Assembly: GCF_056746865.1 (NCBI RefSeq)
Contig: NZ_CM163382.1
Direction: 5' to 3' (one strand)
DNA length: 64,000 nucleotides
In this document: piece after piece, positions 37,291 through 46,799 of the stretch
Layout of the letters: the number at the start of each line of letters is the position of its first letter
How positions within the stretch are numbered: the first letter of the stretch is position 1
Notes under the pieces: generated by a model
Told to the model about the DNA's origin: nothing
The model's input: only the letters and a program-made list of their open reading frames with translations
Database searches by the model: none
Translations under genes and position numbers: made by a program

Positions 37291-38241
37291 ATGAAAGAAC
37301 TTGTGGTCGTTGCCATTGGTGGCAACAGCATTATCAAAGATAACGCCAGCCAGTCGATTGAGCATCAGGCGGAGGCGGTGAAAGCCGTCGCTGATACGGT
37401 GCTGGAAATGCTGGCTTCCGATTACGACATTGTGCTGACCCACGGCAACGGGCCGCAGGTCGGGCTGGATTTACGCCGCGCGGAGATAGCCCACGAGCGC
37501 GAAGGGCTGCCCTTAACGCCGCTGGCGAACTGTGTGGCGGATACGCAAGGCGGCATTGGCTATCTGATCCAACAGGCGCTGAATAACCGACTGGCGCGTC
37601 ACGGTGAGAAAAAAGCCGTCACCGTGGTGACTCAGGTGGAAGTGGATAAAAACGATCCGGGGTTTGCCCATCCCACCAAGCCCATCGGCGCATTCTTTAG
37701 TGAAAGCCAGCGTGACGAATTACAAAAGGCAAACCCTGACTGGCGTTTTGTTGAAGATGCCGGACGGGGCTATCGCCGCGTGGTCGCCTCGCCGGAACCG
37801 AAACGTATTGTCGAAGCACCGGCCATTAAGGCGCTGATCCAACAAGGCTTTGTGGTGATTGGCGCGGGCGGCGGCGGAATCCCGGTGGTGTGCAGTGAAG
37901 CGGGGGATTACCAAAGCGTGGACGCGGTTATCGACAAAGATCTCTCTACCGCGCTATTGGCCCGTGAAATTCACGCTGACATTCTGGTGATCACCACTGG
38001 CGTCGAAAAAGTGTGTATTCACTTTGGCAAACCGCAGCAGCAGGCGCTGGATCGCGTAGATATTGCCACCATGAACCGCTATATGCAGGAAGGGCATTTT
38101 CCGCCTGGCAGCATGTTGCCAAAAATCATCGCCAGCCTGACGTTCCTGGAACAGGGCGGCAAAGAAGTGATTATCACCACGCCGGAATGCCTGCCTGCGG
38201 CGCTGCGCGGTGAAACGGGCACCCATATTATTAAAACGTAA
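37291..38241 (+). CDS. yahI: carbamate kinase-like protein, 316 aa
   Basis: Amino-acid-kinase fold motifs (VVVAIGGNSI, LTHGNGPQVG, GAGGGGIPVV); track ORF 37174..38241 trimmed to MKELVVV. Confidence 0.8.
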   Translation: MKELVVVAIGGNSIIKDNASQSIEHQAEAVKAVADTVLEMLASDYDIVLTHGNGPQVGLDLRRAEIAHEREGLPLTPLANCVADTQGGIGYLIQQALNNRLARHGEKKAVTVVTQVEVDKNDPGFAHPTKPIGAFFSESQRDELQKANPDWRFVEDAGRGYRRVVASPEPKRIVEAPAIKALIQQGFVVIGAGGGGIPVVCSEAGDYQSVDAVIDKDLSTALLAREIHADILVITTGVEKVCIHFGKPQQQALDRVDIATMNRYMQEGHFPPGSMLPKIIASLTFLEQGGKEVIITTPECLPAALRGETGTHIIKT

Positions 38242-38250
38242 GGACGTAAG

Positions 38251-39633
38251 ATGAAAGAAAACAATAGCCGCCGTGAATTTCTGAGCCAGAGCGGTAAGAT
38301 GGTCACCGCCGCCGCGCTGTTTGGTACGTCTGTGCCGCTCGCCCATGCGGCAGTCTCTGGCACAATCCATTGCGACGCGAATAACACCATGAAAATCACT
38401 GACCCGCACTACTATCTCGACAACGTGCTGCTGGAAACCGGTTTTGACTACGAAAACGGTGTGGCGGTACAGACCCGCACGGCGCACCAGACCGTAGAGA
38501 TTCAGAACGGCAAAATTGTTGCCCTGCGCGAGAACAAGCAGCATCCGGACGCCACGCTGCCGCACTATGACGCTGGCGGTAAGCTGATGCTGCCCACCAC
38601 CCGCGACATGCATATTCATCTCGACAAAACCTTTTACGGCGGGCCGTGGCGCTCGCTCAATCGCCCGGCAGGCACCACCATCCAGGACATGATCAAACTC
38701 GAGCAGAAAATGCTGCCGGAGCTGCAACCGTACACTCAGGAACGAGCGGAAAAACTGATCGATTTATTGCAGTCGAAAGGCACTACCATTGCCCGCAGCC
38801 ACTGCAATATCGAACCGGTTTCCGGCCTGAAAAATCTGCAAAATTTGCAGGCGGTGCTGGCGCGACGTCAGGCGGGCTTCGAGTGTGAAATTGTCGCCTT
38901 CCCGCAGCACGGTTTGCTGCTGTCGAAATCGGAACCCTTAATGCGTGAAGCGATGCAGGCGGGGGCGCATTACGTCGGCGGTCTGGATCCGACCAGTGTT
39001 GATGGCGCGATGGAAAAATCCCTCGATACCATGTTCCAGATTGCGCTGGACTACGACAAAGGCGTTGATATTCACCTGCACGAAACCACTCCGGCAGGCG
39101 TGGCAGCCATCAATTATATGGTTGAAACGGTGGAGAAAACGCCGCAACTGAAGGGCAAGCTGACCATCAGCCACGCCTTTGCGCTGGCAACGCTCAATGA
39201 GCAACAGGTAGATGAACTGGCGCACCGGATGGCGGCGCAGCAAATTTCTATCGCCTCGACGGTGCCGATTGGCACGCTGCATATGCCGCTCAAACAGTTG
39301 CACGACAAAGGCGTAAAAGTGATGACCGGCACCGACAGCGTTATCGACCACTGGTCGCCTTACGGCCTGGGCGACATGCTGGAAAAAGCCAATCTGTACG
39401 CGCAGCTCTATATTCGTCCTAACGAACAGAACCTCTCCCGCTCGCTGTTTTTAGCCACTGGCGATGTATTGCCGCTCAACGAAAAAGGCGAGCGCGTGTG
39501 GCCCAAAGCGCAGGATGATGCCAGCTTTGTGCTGGTGGACGCCTCCTGTTCCGCCGAGGCGGTGGCGCGTATCTCGCCGAGAACGGCGACGTTCCATAAA
39601 GGGCAACTGGTGTGGGGGAGTGTGGCAGGTTGA
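38251..39633 (+). CDS. yahJ: amidohydrolase-superfamily deaminase with Tat-type signal peptide, 460 aa
   Basis: N-terminal twin-arginine motif (SRREFLSQSGKMVTAAALFG...AHA); metal-dependent hydrolase His motifs (HIHLDKT, HLHET). Confidence 0.75.
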   Translation: MKENNSRREFLSQSGKMVTAAALFGTSVPLAHAAVSGTIHCDANNTMKITDPHYYLDNVLLETGFDYENGVAVQTRTAHQTVEIQNGKIVALRENKQHPDATLPHYDAGGKLMLPTTRDMHIHLDKTFYGGPWRSLNRPAGTTIQDMIKLEQKMLPELQPYTQERAEKLIDLLQSKGTTIARSHCNIEPVSGLKNLQNLQAVLARRQAGFECEIVAFPQHGLLLSKSEPLMREAMQAGAHYVGGLDPTSVDGAMEKSLDTMFQIALDYDKGVDIHLHETTPAGVAAINYMVETVEKTPQLKGKLTISHAFALATLNEQQVDELAHRMAAQQISIASTVPIGTLHMPLKQLHDKGVKVMTGTDSVIDHWSPYGLGDMLEKANLYAQLYIRPNEQNLSRSLFLATGDVLPLNEKGERVWPKAQDDASFVLVDASCSAEAVARISPRTATFHKGQLVWGSVAG

Positions 39634-39927
39634 TACGCATTTGAAACGCCTGCAATGGTGAATCGTAAGAGATTTAAAGCCCCAGGGAGTGGGGCGGGAA
39701 TGGTTTGTTAATGAATGATCCTGAACTTTATAATCTCCCGGCATAATTTCCAGGGGATTATTTGAGAGAAATACACAAAAGTGAGTTTTAACAATATTTA
39801 TCAAGCCATAAATGTGACCGGCTTCGGATAAAAAAGATTAAACATAGAAAAACCAATGATCCTCTTGCTGATGGTTATCAACAGTAATTAAGATGTGATT
39901 TTTTTCCGTAATCGCGAAAATATTCTC

Positions 39928-40338
39928 ATGACCATAAAAGAAAAAATCTCACAAAAATATCCCCATGCTTCCTTTTGTACTTTTGGCGATTCAGCAGCGT
40001 TGGCCGATCACCTCGCAACGTTGATTGCGACAGGTGTTAAAACAGCTTCCTGTGGTTCGCTGGCGGGATGTATTGAAGACAACGCATTTCCGATGATTGG
40101 TGAGTATAAGATTGTAGAAAATAGCCGTGGTGAGCCTGTCTGTGTTATCAGAGTGATTGGCCTGCATTTACTGCGCTTTTCTGATGTCACCGCGGAGCTT
40201 GCCCGTAAGGAAGGTGAAGGTGACCTCAGTCTTGAATATTGGCGTAATGAACACCGTCGTTTTTTCCAGGCAGAAGGATGCTATTCACCCGAAATGGACG
40301 TTATCTTTGAAGAATATGCCCTTATTGACGTTGTGTAG
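39928..40338 (+). CDS. ASCH-domain protein (about 136 aa; start uncertain, track ORF begins at 39895)
   Basis: ASCH-like GxKT motif (LIATGVKTASCG) and C-terminal ELARKEGEG...EYWRNEHRRFF segment; lies in an AT-rich stretch. Confidence 0.5.
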   Translation: MTIKEKISQKYPHASFCTFGDSAALADHLATLIATGVKTASCGSLAGCIEDNAFPMIGEYKIVENSRGEPVCVIRVIGLHLLRFSDVTAELARKEGEGDLSLEYWRNEHRRFFQAEGCYSPEMDVIFEEYALIDVV

Positions 40339-40588
40339 ATAACTATTTTTCTACGCGAAATAAGCTCACAAACATAAAATATCGCTAATTTTGTTTATTT
40401 TGCTATTTTTTACGTGATGAATGTCACACTTATTATTGCTGCCCGTTTTGTCCATATTTATAACCAAATTTTTAATAGCTGCCTGAAATAGGGCTGTTTA
40501 TTCTGCATAAAAATATTCGAAAATTCTTATTCTCTCCAGCGCGCTAATTTGGGCGAACACTTCCTGACTACCCTGCAATGAGGCTGAA

Positions 40589-41575
40589 ATGATGAATAAA
40601 CGTTTTGTTATCAATATGGTGTCTTCGCTGTTATTAGGCGCTGCGCTAATTTCTGCGCCGCTCCAGGCAGCGGAAAAAGTCGTGGTGAATATCTCTAAAG
40701 TCGATGGTATGCCGTGGTTTAATCGCATGGGCGAAGGTGTGGTCGAGGCGGGTAAAGCCTTTGGTGTTAATGCGTCACAGGTGGGGCCTTCAAGTACTGA
40801 TGCTCCGCAACAGGTTAAAATCATTGAGGATTTAATCGCCCGTAAGGTTAATGCAATTACAATTGTGCCAAACGATGCCAACGTGCTGGAACCGGTATTC
40901 AAAAAAGCGCGAGATGCCGGAATTGTGGTTCTGACCAACGAATCCCCCGGTCAGCCAAGTGCTAACTGGGATATCGAAATCATTGATAACGAAAAATTTG
41001 CCGCTGAATATGTTGAACATATGGCGAAACGCATGGGTGGCAAGGGCGGCTATGTGATTTACGTGGGTAGTTTGACCGTGCCGCAGCATAACTTATGGGC
41101 TGACTTGCTGGTGAAATACCAGAAAGAGCATTACCCGGATATGCATGAAGTTACCCGCCGCATGCCGGTTGCCGAGAGTGTGGATGACTCACGTCGTACC
41201 ACACTGGACCTGATGAAAACCTATCCTGACTTGAAAGCGGTTGTCTCCTTTGGTTCAAACGGTCCGATTGGCGCGGGACGTGCAGTGAAAGAGAAACGGG
41301 CGAAAAATAAAGTCGCAGTCTATGGCATGATGATCCCTTCACAGGCGGCATCACTGATTAAAAGTGGTGATATCACCGAAGGGATTACTTACGATCCGGC
41401 CTCTGCAGGTTACGCACTCGCGGCCGTCGCCAGCACGTTGCTGAAGGGTGAAGAGATCAAACCTGGATTAGAAATGCAGAATCTGGGGAAGGCCGACGTA
41501 GATATAGATAAGCGAATTATCCGTTTCCATAAGGTACTGCTGGTCAACAAAGACAATATCGACTCACTTTATTAA
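40589..41575 (+). CDS. periplasmic substrate-binding protein of a ribose/AI-2-type (CUT2) ABC importer, LsrB/RbsB-like, 328 aa
   Basis: Signal peptide (LLLGAALISAPLQAAEK) and type-I periplasmic binding fold; C-terminal ...NKDNID... resembles LsrB as I recall it. Confidence 0.7.
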   Translation: MMNKRFVINMVSSLLLGAALISAPLQAAEKVVVNISKVDGMPWFNRMGEGVVEAGKAFGVNASQVGPSSTDAPQQVKIIEDLIARKVNAITIVPNDANVLEPVFKKARDAGIVVLTNESPGQPSANWDIEIIDNEKFAAEYVEHMAKRMGGKGGYVIYVGSLTVPQHNLWADLLVKYQKEHYPDMHEVTRRMPVAESVDDSRRTTLDLMKTYPDLKAVVSFGSNGPIGAGRAVKEKRAKNKVAVYGMMIPSQAASLIKSGDITEGITYDPASAGYALAAVASTLLKGEEIKPGLEMQNLGKADVDIDKRIIRFHKVLLVNKDNIDSLY

Positions 41576-41623
41576 TCCATTTCTTCGGGGCGAAAGCCCC
41601 GATTCTTATTGCCAGGGGATGTT

Positions 41624-43108
41624 ATGGAAACCTTCCTTTCCCTTCGTCATATCAACAAAACGTTTCATGCCACGCGAGCGCTGCGCGATGTTTCTCTCGA
41701 CTTTATGTCGGGTGAAGTGCACTGTCTTGCCGGGCAAAACGGCTGTGGTAAATCGACGTTGATTAAAATTATGTCCGGAGTTTATCGCCCGGATGAGGGA
41801 GCGGAAATTACGCTTGGTGGGAAAAACTGGTCAAAGCTGACACCCGCCGCTTCGGTGGCGCAGGGGATTCAGGTGATTTATCAGGACCTCTCTTTATTTC
41901 CTAACCTGAGTGTCTGGGAGAATATCGCCGTGAATCACTATCACCACGGTCTGTTTGTTAACCGCCGTCGTCTGCGTGAGGTGGCGCAGGCGGCAATGAC
42001 CAGTATTAACGTCACATTGCCACTGGATACGCTCGTTTCTGAGCTTTCAATTGCCCGCTGTCAGCTGGTGGCAATTTGCCGTGCACTGGCGCAGGACGCA
42101 CGGTTGATCGTGATGGATGAACCAACCGCTTCGCTGACCCATCAGGAAGTGCAAGGGTTATTACAGGTGGTGCATCAATTGCGGGAACGCGGGATCTGCG
42201 TGGTCTTCGTCAGTCATCGTCTGGAAGAGGTGATGGAAGTTTCCGACCGTATTTCAGTGTTGAAAGATGGTGAGCTGGTCGGGACCTTTCCGGCTGCAGA
42301 GATGACCACAAAACAACTCGGTTTCCTGATGACCGGCCAGGAGTTTGAATATCAGGTGCGAGAGTTGTGGCAGGGAAAATCCAGCATCCCAGTGCTGGAG
42401 GTGCGTAATTTAAGTCGTCATGGGGAATATCAAAATATTAACTTGCGGGTGGAAGCGGGCGAAGTGGTGTCGATTGTTGGCCTGCTTGGTGCGGGGCGCA
42501 CGGAATTATGTCTGAGTCTGTTTGGTATGACCCGACCGGATGCTGGCGAGATCCTCATCAACGGCCAGCTGGTTACACTGCATAGTAACCAGGACGCCAT
42601 CCGCCACTGTATTGGTTATGTTTCGGAAGATCGCATGTCGCGTGGTTTGGTGATGGCGCAATCTATTGAAGACAACATCATTAGCACTGTTTTTCACAAG
42701 GTAAAAGATCGCTTCGGCTTTCTGAGTGAAGCTAAAGTGCGTGACCTGGTGGACAGGCTAATCAAGGCATTGACCATCAAAGTCTCTGACCCACATCTCC
42801 CGGTGAATACGCTTTCTGGGGGTAACGCGCAGCGAGTATCGATCGCCAAATGGCTGGCGATTGGGCCACGACTGTTGATTCTCGATAGCCCGACTGTCGG
42901 TGTTGATATCGCCAACAAAGCAGGAATATACGGCATTATCAGCGATCTGGCGGCTCATGGCATTGCGGTATTGATGATCTGCGATGAAATTGAAGAAGCG
43001 TGGTATCAAAGCCACCGGATTTTGGTAATGCAGAAAGGTCAGATCACCCATAGCTTCCTGCCTGACAGCAGTTCTCAGGCCAGGATTGCGGAGGTGGTAA
43101 ATGGCTGA
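41624..43108 (+). CDS. ABC transporter ATP-binding protein with two fused nucleotide-binding domains (about 494 aa)
   Basis: Two Walker A-type (GQNGCGKST; GLLGAGRTEL) and two signature/Walker B regions (LSIARCQLVAI...IVMDEPTASL; LSGGNAQRV...LILDSPTVGVD). Confidence 0.8.
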   Translation: METFLSLRHINKTFHATRALRDVSLDFMSGEVHCLAGQNGCGKSTLIKIMSGVYRPDEGAEITLGGKNWSKLTPAASVAQGIQVIYQDLSLFPNLSVWENIAVNHYHHGLFVNRRRLREVAQAAMTSINVTLPLDTLVSELSIARCQLVAICRALAQDARLIVMDEPTASLTHQEVQGLLQVVHQLRERGICVVFVSHRLEEVMEVSDRISVLKDGELVGTFPAAEMTTKQLGFLMTGQEFEYQVRELWQGKSSIPVLEVRNLSRHGEYQNINLRVEAGEVVSIVGLLGAGRTELCLSLFGMTRPDAGEILINGQLVTLHSNQDAIRHCIGYVSEDRMSRGLVMAQSIEDNIISTVFHKVKDRFGFLSEAKVRDLVDRLIKALTIKVSDPHLPVNTLSGGNAQRVSIAKWLAIGPRLLILDSPTVGVDIANKAGIYGIISDLAAHGIAVLMICDEIEEAWYQSHRILVMQKGQITHSFLPDSSSQARIAEVVNG

Positions 43109-44072
43109 ACTGAAAAAACGTCATGAATTCTGGCTGGCATTACTGATTGTGGGGCTGTTTGTCGGCCTTGCCTGGCGCAGCGACGAGTTTCTGACATTCG
43201 GTAATTTGTACGATCTCGCCAATAACTATGCCATGTTGACTATTCTCGCCTGTGGTTTGTTTGTGGTGTTGATTTCCGGTGGAATTGATATTTCGTTTCC
43301 AGCAATGACCATCATTGCGCAATACGGCATGGTGCTGTTGCTGCAAAAAATTGGTGGCAACTTCGCTGTCGCGTTTGCCCTGGCGGGCGGCATCGGCATT
43401 TTACTTGGCTTAATTAACGCCTTACTGGTTAATCGCCTACGGGTGCCTTCTATTATCATCACTATCTCGACGCTGAATATTTTCTATGGCCTGCTGTTAT
43501 GGTTGAGTAAAGGTGTGTGGCTGTACGACTTTCCGCCGTGGTTTGAGCAGGGGGTTATGTTGTTCAAGTACACCGATGCTGATGGCTATGACTATGGCCT
43601 TGGTCTACCGCTGATCGCCATGATTACGGTGGTGCTGCTAACAGCGTTTATCATGAATTTCACCAGTGTAGGGCGCAAAATTTATGCCCTTGGCGGGAAC
43701 CGTGAATCCGCCAGTCGCATCGGCTTTAGCGTGCTGAAACTGCAACTTTTCGTCTACGGCTATATGGGATTGATGTCTGGTGCTGCGGGTGTAGTGCAGT
43801 CGTGGACGGTGATGACTGTCGCCCCCGATTCTCTTCTGGGTTATGAGCTGACAGTACTGGCTGCGGTGGTGCTTGGCGGCACTAGTTTGCTCGGCGGGCG
43901 CGGCACGTTAACCGGTACTTTGCTCGGCGTGGTGTTGTTGGCAGTGATGCAAAACGGGCTAAATTTATTGGGAGTCTCGTCTTACTGGCAAACATTGATC
44001 ACAGGCATCATCATCGTTGCCAGCATTAGCGCCACGGCGTGGAGTCAGCATCAGAACCGGAGTCTGCTATGA
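43101..44072 (+). CDS. ABC transporter permease (RbsC/LsrC-like), 323 aa
   Basis: Polytopic membrane ORF overlapping the ATPase stop by 8 nt. Confidence 0.75.
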   Translation: MAELKKRHEFWLALLIVGLFVGLAWRSDEFLTFGNLYDLANNYAMLTILACGLFVVLISGGIDISFPAMTIIAQYGMVLLLQKIGGNFAVAFALAGGIGILLGLINALLVNRLRVPSIIITISTLNIFYGLLLWLSKGVWLYDFPPWFEQGVMLFKYTDADGYDYGLGLPLIAMITVVLLTAFIMNFTSVGRKIYALGGNRESASRIGFSVLKLQLFVYGYMGLMSGAAGVVQSWTVMTVAPDSLLGYELTVLAAVVLGGTSLLGGRGTLTGTLLGVVLLAVMQNGLNLLGVSSYWQTLITGIIIVASISATAWSQHQNRSLL

Positions 44073-45025
44073 AAAAATCGTGGCGTAATAACGTTGAGTT
44101 TTACTTGATCGGCCTGTTGGTGCTAACTGTTGCCGCCTTCAGCATTACTATGCCGGAGATTTTCTGGTCGATAAGTAATTTCCAGTCCGTCGCTTCGCAA
44201 ATGCCCGTGCTGGGCATTCTGGCGTTGGCTATGGCGGTGACCATGCTTTGCGGTGGCATTAACTTGTCAATTATAGCCACTGCTAACGCCTGTTCACTGG
44301 TGATGGCGTGGGTGGCGACTCAGTATCCACCGGGTATTGCTACGGTTGTCGCTACGCTGCTGGCGGGCGCTGGCGCGGCGGTGATAATCGGTTTATGTAA
44401 CGGCGTATTGATTGCTGGTATTCGAGTGTCGCCAATTCTTGCAACACTCGGGATGATGACGTTGCTCAAAGGGGTAAATATTCTGGTGACAGGCGGTAGC
44501 GCCATTGCCAATTATCCCTCATGGGTGCTGTGGTTGAATCATGCACAGTGGTTCGGTATTCCGCTACCGATGTGGTTGTTTGCCGCAGTGGCGCTGGGGC
44601 TGTGGATATTGCTGGAGAAAACGCCGCTCGGTAAATCCATTTATCTGATTGGTTCTAACGAACGAGCAACACTTTACTCCGGCATTAACACTCGTCGGGT
44701 GCTGATTTGGGTTTATGTCATTTCCGCCTTGCTTTGTGCGGTAGCGGCATTTTTGATGATGTCGAAACTCAACTCGGCTAAGGCCTCTTATGGCGAATCG
44801 TACTTGCTGGTGTCAATCCTCGCGGCAGTACTCGGCGGGGTTAATCCGGACGGCGGCAGCGGGCGGATAATTGGTATGGTGCTGGCGCTGTTTCTTCTGC
44901 AAATTATTGAAAGCGGCTTCAATATTCTCGGTATAAGCCCCTACCTGACGATGGCCTTATGGGGAACGTTGCTGCTCTGTTTCATTCAGGCTCGCGGCAT
45001 GTTGGGGCTGGATCGGGTGGTTTAA
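44069..45025 (+). CDS. ABC transporter permease (RbsC/LsrD-like), about 318 aa
   Basis: Polytopic membrane ORF; ATGA start/stop overlap with the preceding permease; track ORF 44039..45025 trimmed to MKKSWRNN. Confidence 0.7.
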   Translation: MKKSWRNNVEFYLIGLLVLTVAAFSITMPEIFWSISNFQSVASQMPVLGILALAMAVTMLCGGINLSIIATANACSLVMAWVATQYPPGIATVVATLLAGAGAAVIIGLCNGVLIAGIRVSPILATLGMMTLLKGVNILVTGGSAIANYPSWVLWLNHAQWFGIPLPMWLFAAVALGLWILLEKTPLGKSIYLIGSNERATLYSGINTRRVLIWVYVISALLCAVAAFLMMSKLNSAKASYGESYLLVSILAAVLGGVNPDGGSGRIIGMVLALFLLQIIESGFNILGISPYLTMALWGTLLLCFIQARGMLGLDRVV

Positions 45026-45111
45026 ATATTGGCTATATTCAATGGACGCGTTTTGCCGCGATGACATATCAGGCATCGCCAAATACACATAGCTAATCAG
45101 GAGTAAACACA

Positions 45112-46161
45112 ATGAAGATCAAAGCTGTTGGTGCATATTCCGCTAAACAACCACTTGAATCGATGGATATCACCCGGCGTGAACCGGGACCGCATGATGT
45201 CAAAATTGAAATCGCTTACTGTGGCGTCTGCCATTCCGATCTCCACCAGGTCCGTTCCGAGTGGGCGGGGACGGTTTACCCCTGCGTGCCGGGTCATGAA
45301 ATTGTGGGGCGTGTGGTAGCCGTTGGTGATCAGGTAGAAAAACATGCGCCGGGCGATCTGGTCGGTGTCGGCTGCATTGTCGACAGTTGTAAACATTGCG
45401 AAGAGTGTGAAGACGGGCTGGAAAACTACTGTGATCACATGACCGGCACCTATAACTCGCCGACGCCGGACGAACCGGGCCATACTCTGGGCGGCTACTC
45501 ACAACAGATCGTCGTTCATGAGCGATATGTTCTGCGTATTCGTCACCCGCAAGAGCAGCTGGCGGCGGTGGCTCCTTTGTTGTGTGCAGGGATCACCACG
45601 TATTCGCCGCTACGTCACTGGCAGGCCGGGCCGGGTAAAAAAGTGGGCGTGGTCGGCATCGGCGGTCTGGGACATATGGGGATTAAGCTGGCCCACGCGA
45701 TGGGGGCGCATGTGGTGGCATTTACCACTTCTGAGTCAAAACGCGAAGCGGCAAAAGCCCTGGGGGCCGATGAAGTTGTTAACTCACGCAATGCCGATGA
45801 GATGGCGGCTCATCTCAAGAGTTTCGATTTCATTTTGAATACAGTAGCTGCGCCACATAATCTCGACGATTTTACCACCTTGCTGAAGCGTGATGGCACC
45901 ATGACGCTGGTTGGTGCGCCTGCGACACCGCATAAATCGCCGGAAGTTTTCAACCTGATCATGAAACGCCGTGCGATAGCCGGTTCTATGATTGGCGGCA
46001 TTCCAGAAACTCAGGAGATGCTCGATTTTTGCGCCGAACATGGCATCGTGGCTGATATAGAGATGATTCGGGCCGATCAAATTAATGAAGCCTATGAGCG
46101 AATGCTGCGTGGTGATGTGAAATATCGTTTTGTTATCGATAATCGCACACTAACAGACTGA
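45112..46161 (+). CDS. yahK: zinc-dependent alcohol/aldehyde reductase (MDR family), 349 aa
   Basis: Zn-binding GHEIVG and C-x2-C-x2-C-x7-C motif; Rossmann GVVGIGGLGHMG. Confidence 0.85.
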   Translation: MKIKAVGAYSAKQPLESMDITRREPGPHDVKIEIAYCGVCHSDLHQVRSEWAGTVYPCVPGHEIVGRVVAVGDQVEKHAPGDLVGVGCIVDSCKHCEECEDGLENYCDHMTGTYNSPTPDEPGHTLGGYSQQIVVHERYVLRIRHPQEQLAAVAPLLCAGITTYSPLRHWQAGPGKKVGVVGIGGLGHMGIKLAHAMGAHVVAFTTSESKREAAKALGADEVVNSRNADEMAAHLKSFDFILNTVAAPHNLDDFTTLLKRDGTMTLVGAPATPHKSPEVFNLIMKRRAIAGSMIGGIPETQEMLDFCAEHGIVADIEMIRADQINEAYERMLRGDVKYRFVIDNRTLTD

Positions 46162-46433
46162 AAAAATTAATAAATACCCTGTGGTTTAACATATTAACTT
46201 CGCTCTCCACTTAACTTTTTAGTTAAGGAGAGCGAAATAATATCAAAGTAGCAGTAAAACCTATAACGTAAATTCAAATTGTTAAATTAACTCCCTCCAG
46301 TACACAATACTTCACACGTTAGTTATGAGCGATTTCTGATAGTAGACTGGCCCCCTGAATCTCCAGACAACCAATATCACTTAAATAAGTGATAGTCTTA
46401 ATACTAGTTTTTAGACTAGTCATTGGAGAGCAG

Positions 46434-46799
46434 ATGATTGATGTCTTAGGACCGGAGAAACGCAGACGGCGTACTACACAGGAAAAGATCGCTATTGTTC
46501 AGCAGAGTTTTGAACCGGGAATGACGGTCTCCCTTGTTGCCCGGCAACACGGTGTGGCAGCCAGCCAGTTATTTCTCTGGCGCAAGCAATACCAGGAGGG
46601 AAGTCTTACTGCTGTGGCCGCAGGAGAGCAGGTCGTTCCTGCCTCTGAACTTGCTGCTGCCATGAAGCAGATTAAAGAACTCCAGCGCCTGCTCGGCAAA
46701 AAAACGATGGAAAATGAACTCCTTAAAGAAGCCGTTGAATACGGGCGTGCAAAAAAGTGGATAGCGCACGCGCCCTTATTGCCCGGGGATGGGGAGTAA
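46434..46799 (+). CDS. insC: IS2 OrfA (InsC), 121 aa
   Basis: Matches recalled InsC ([29 protein letters not shown]...). Confidence 0.9.

Noticed and set aside
46199-46236. Hairpin after yahK (cgctctcc...ggagagcg) as an intrinsic terminator
   Set aside because: The stem is present but no T-run follows on either strand, so a terminator call is not supported from sequence alone.
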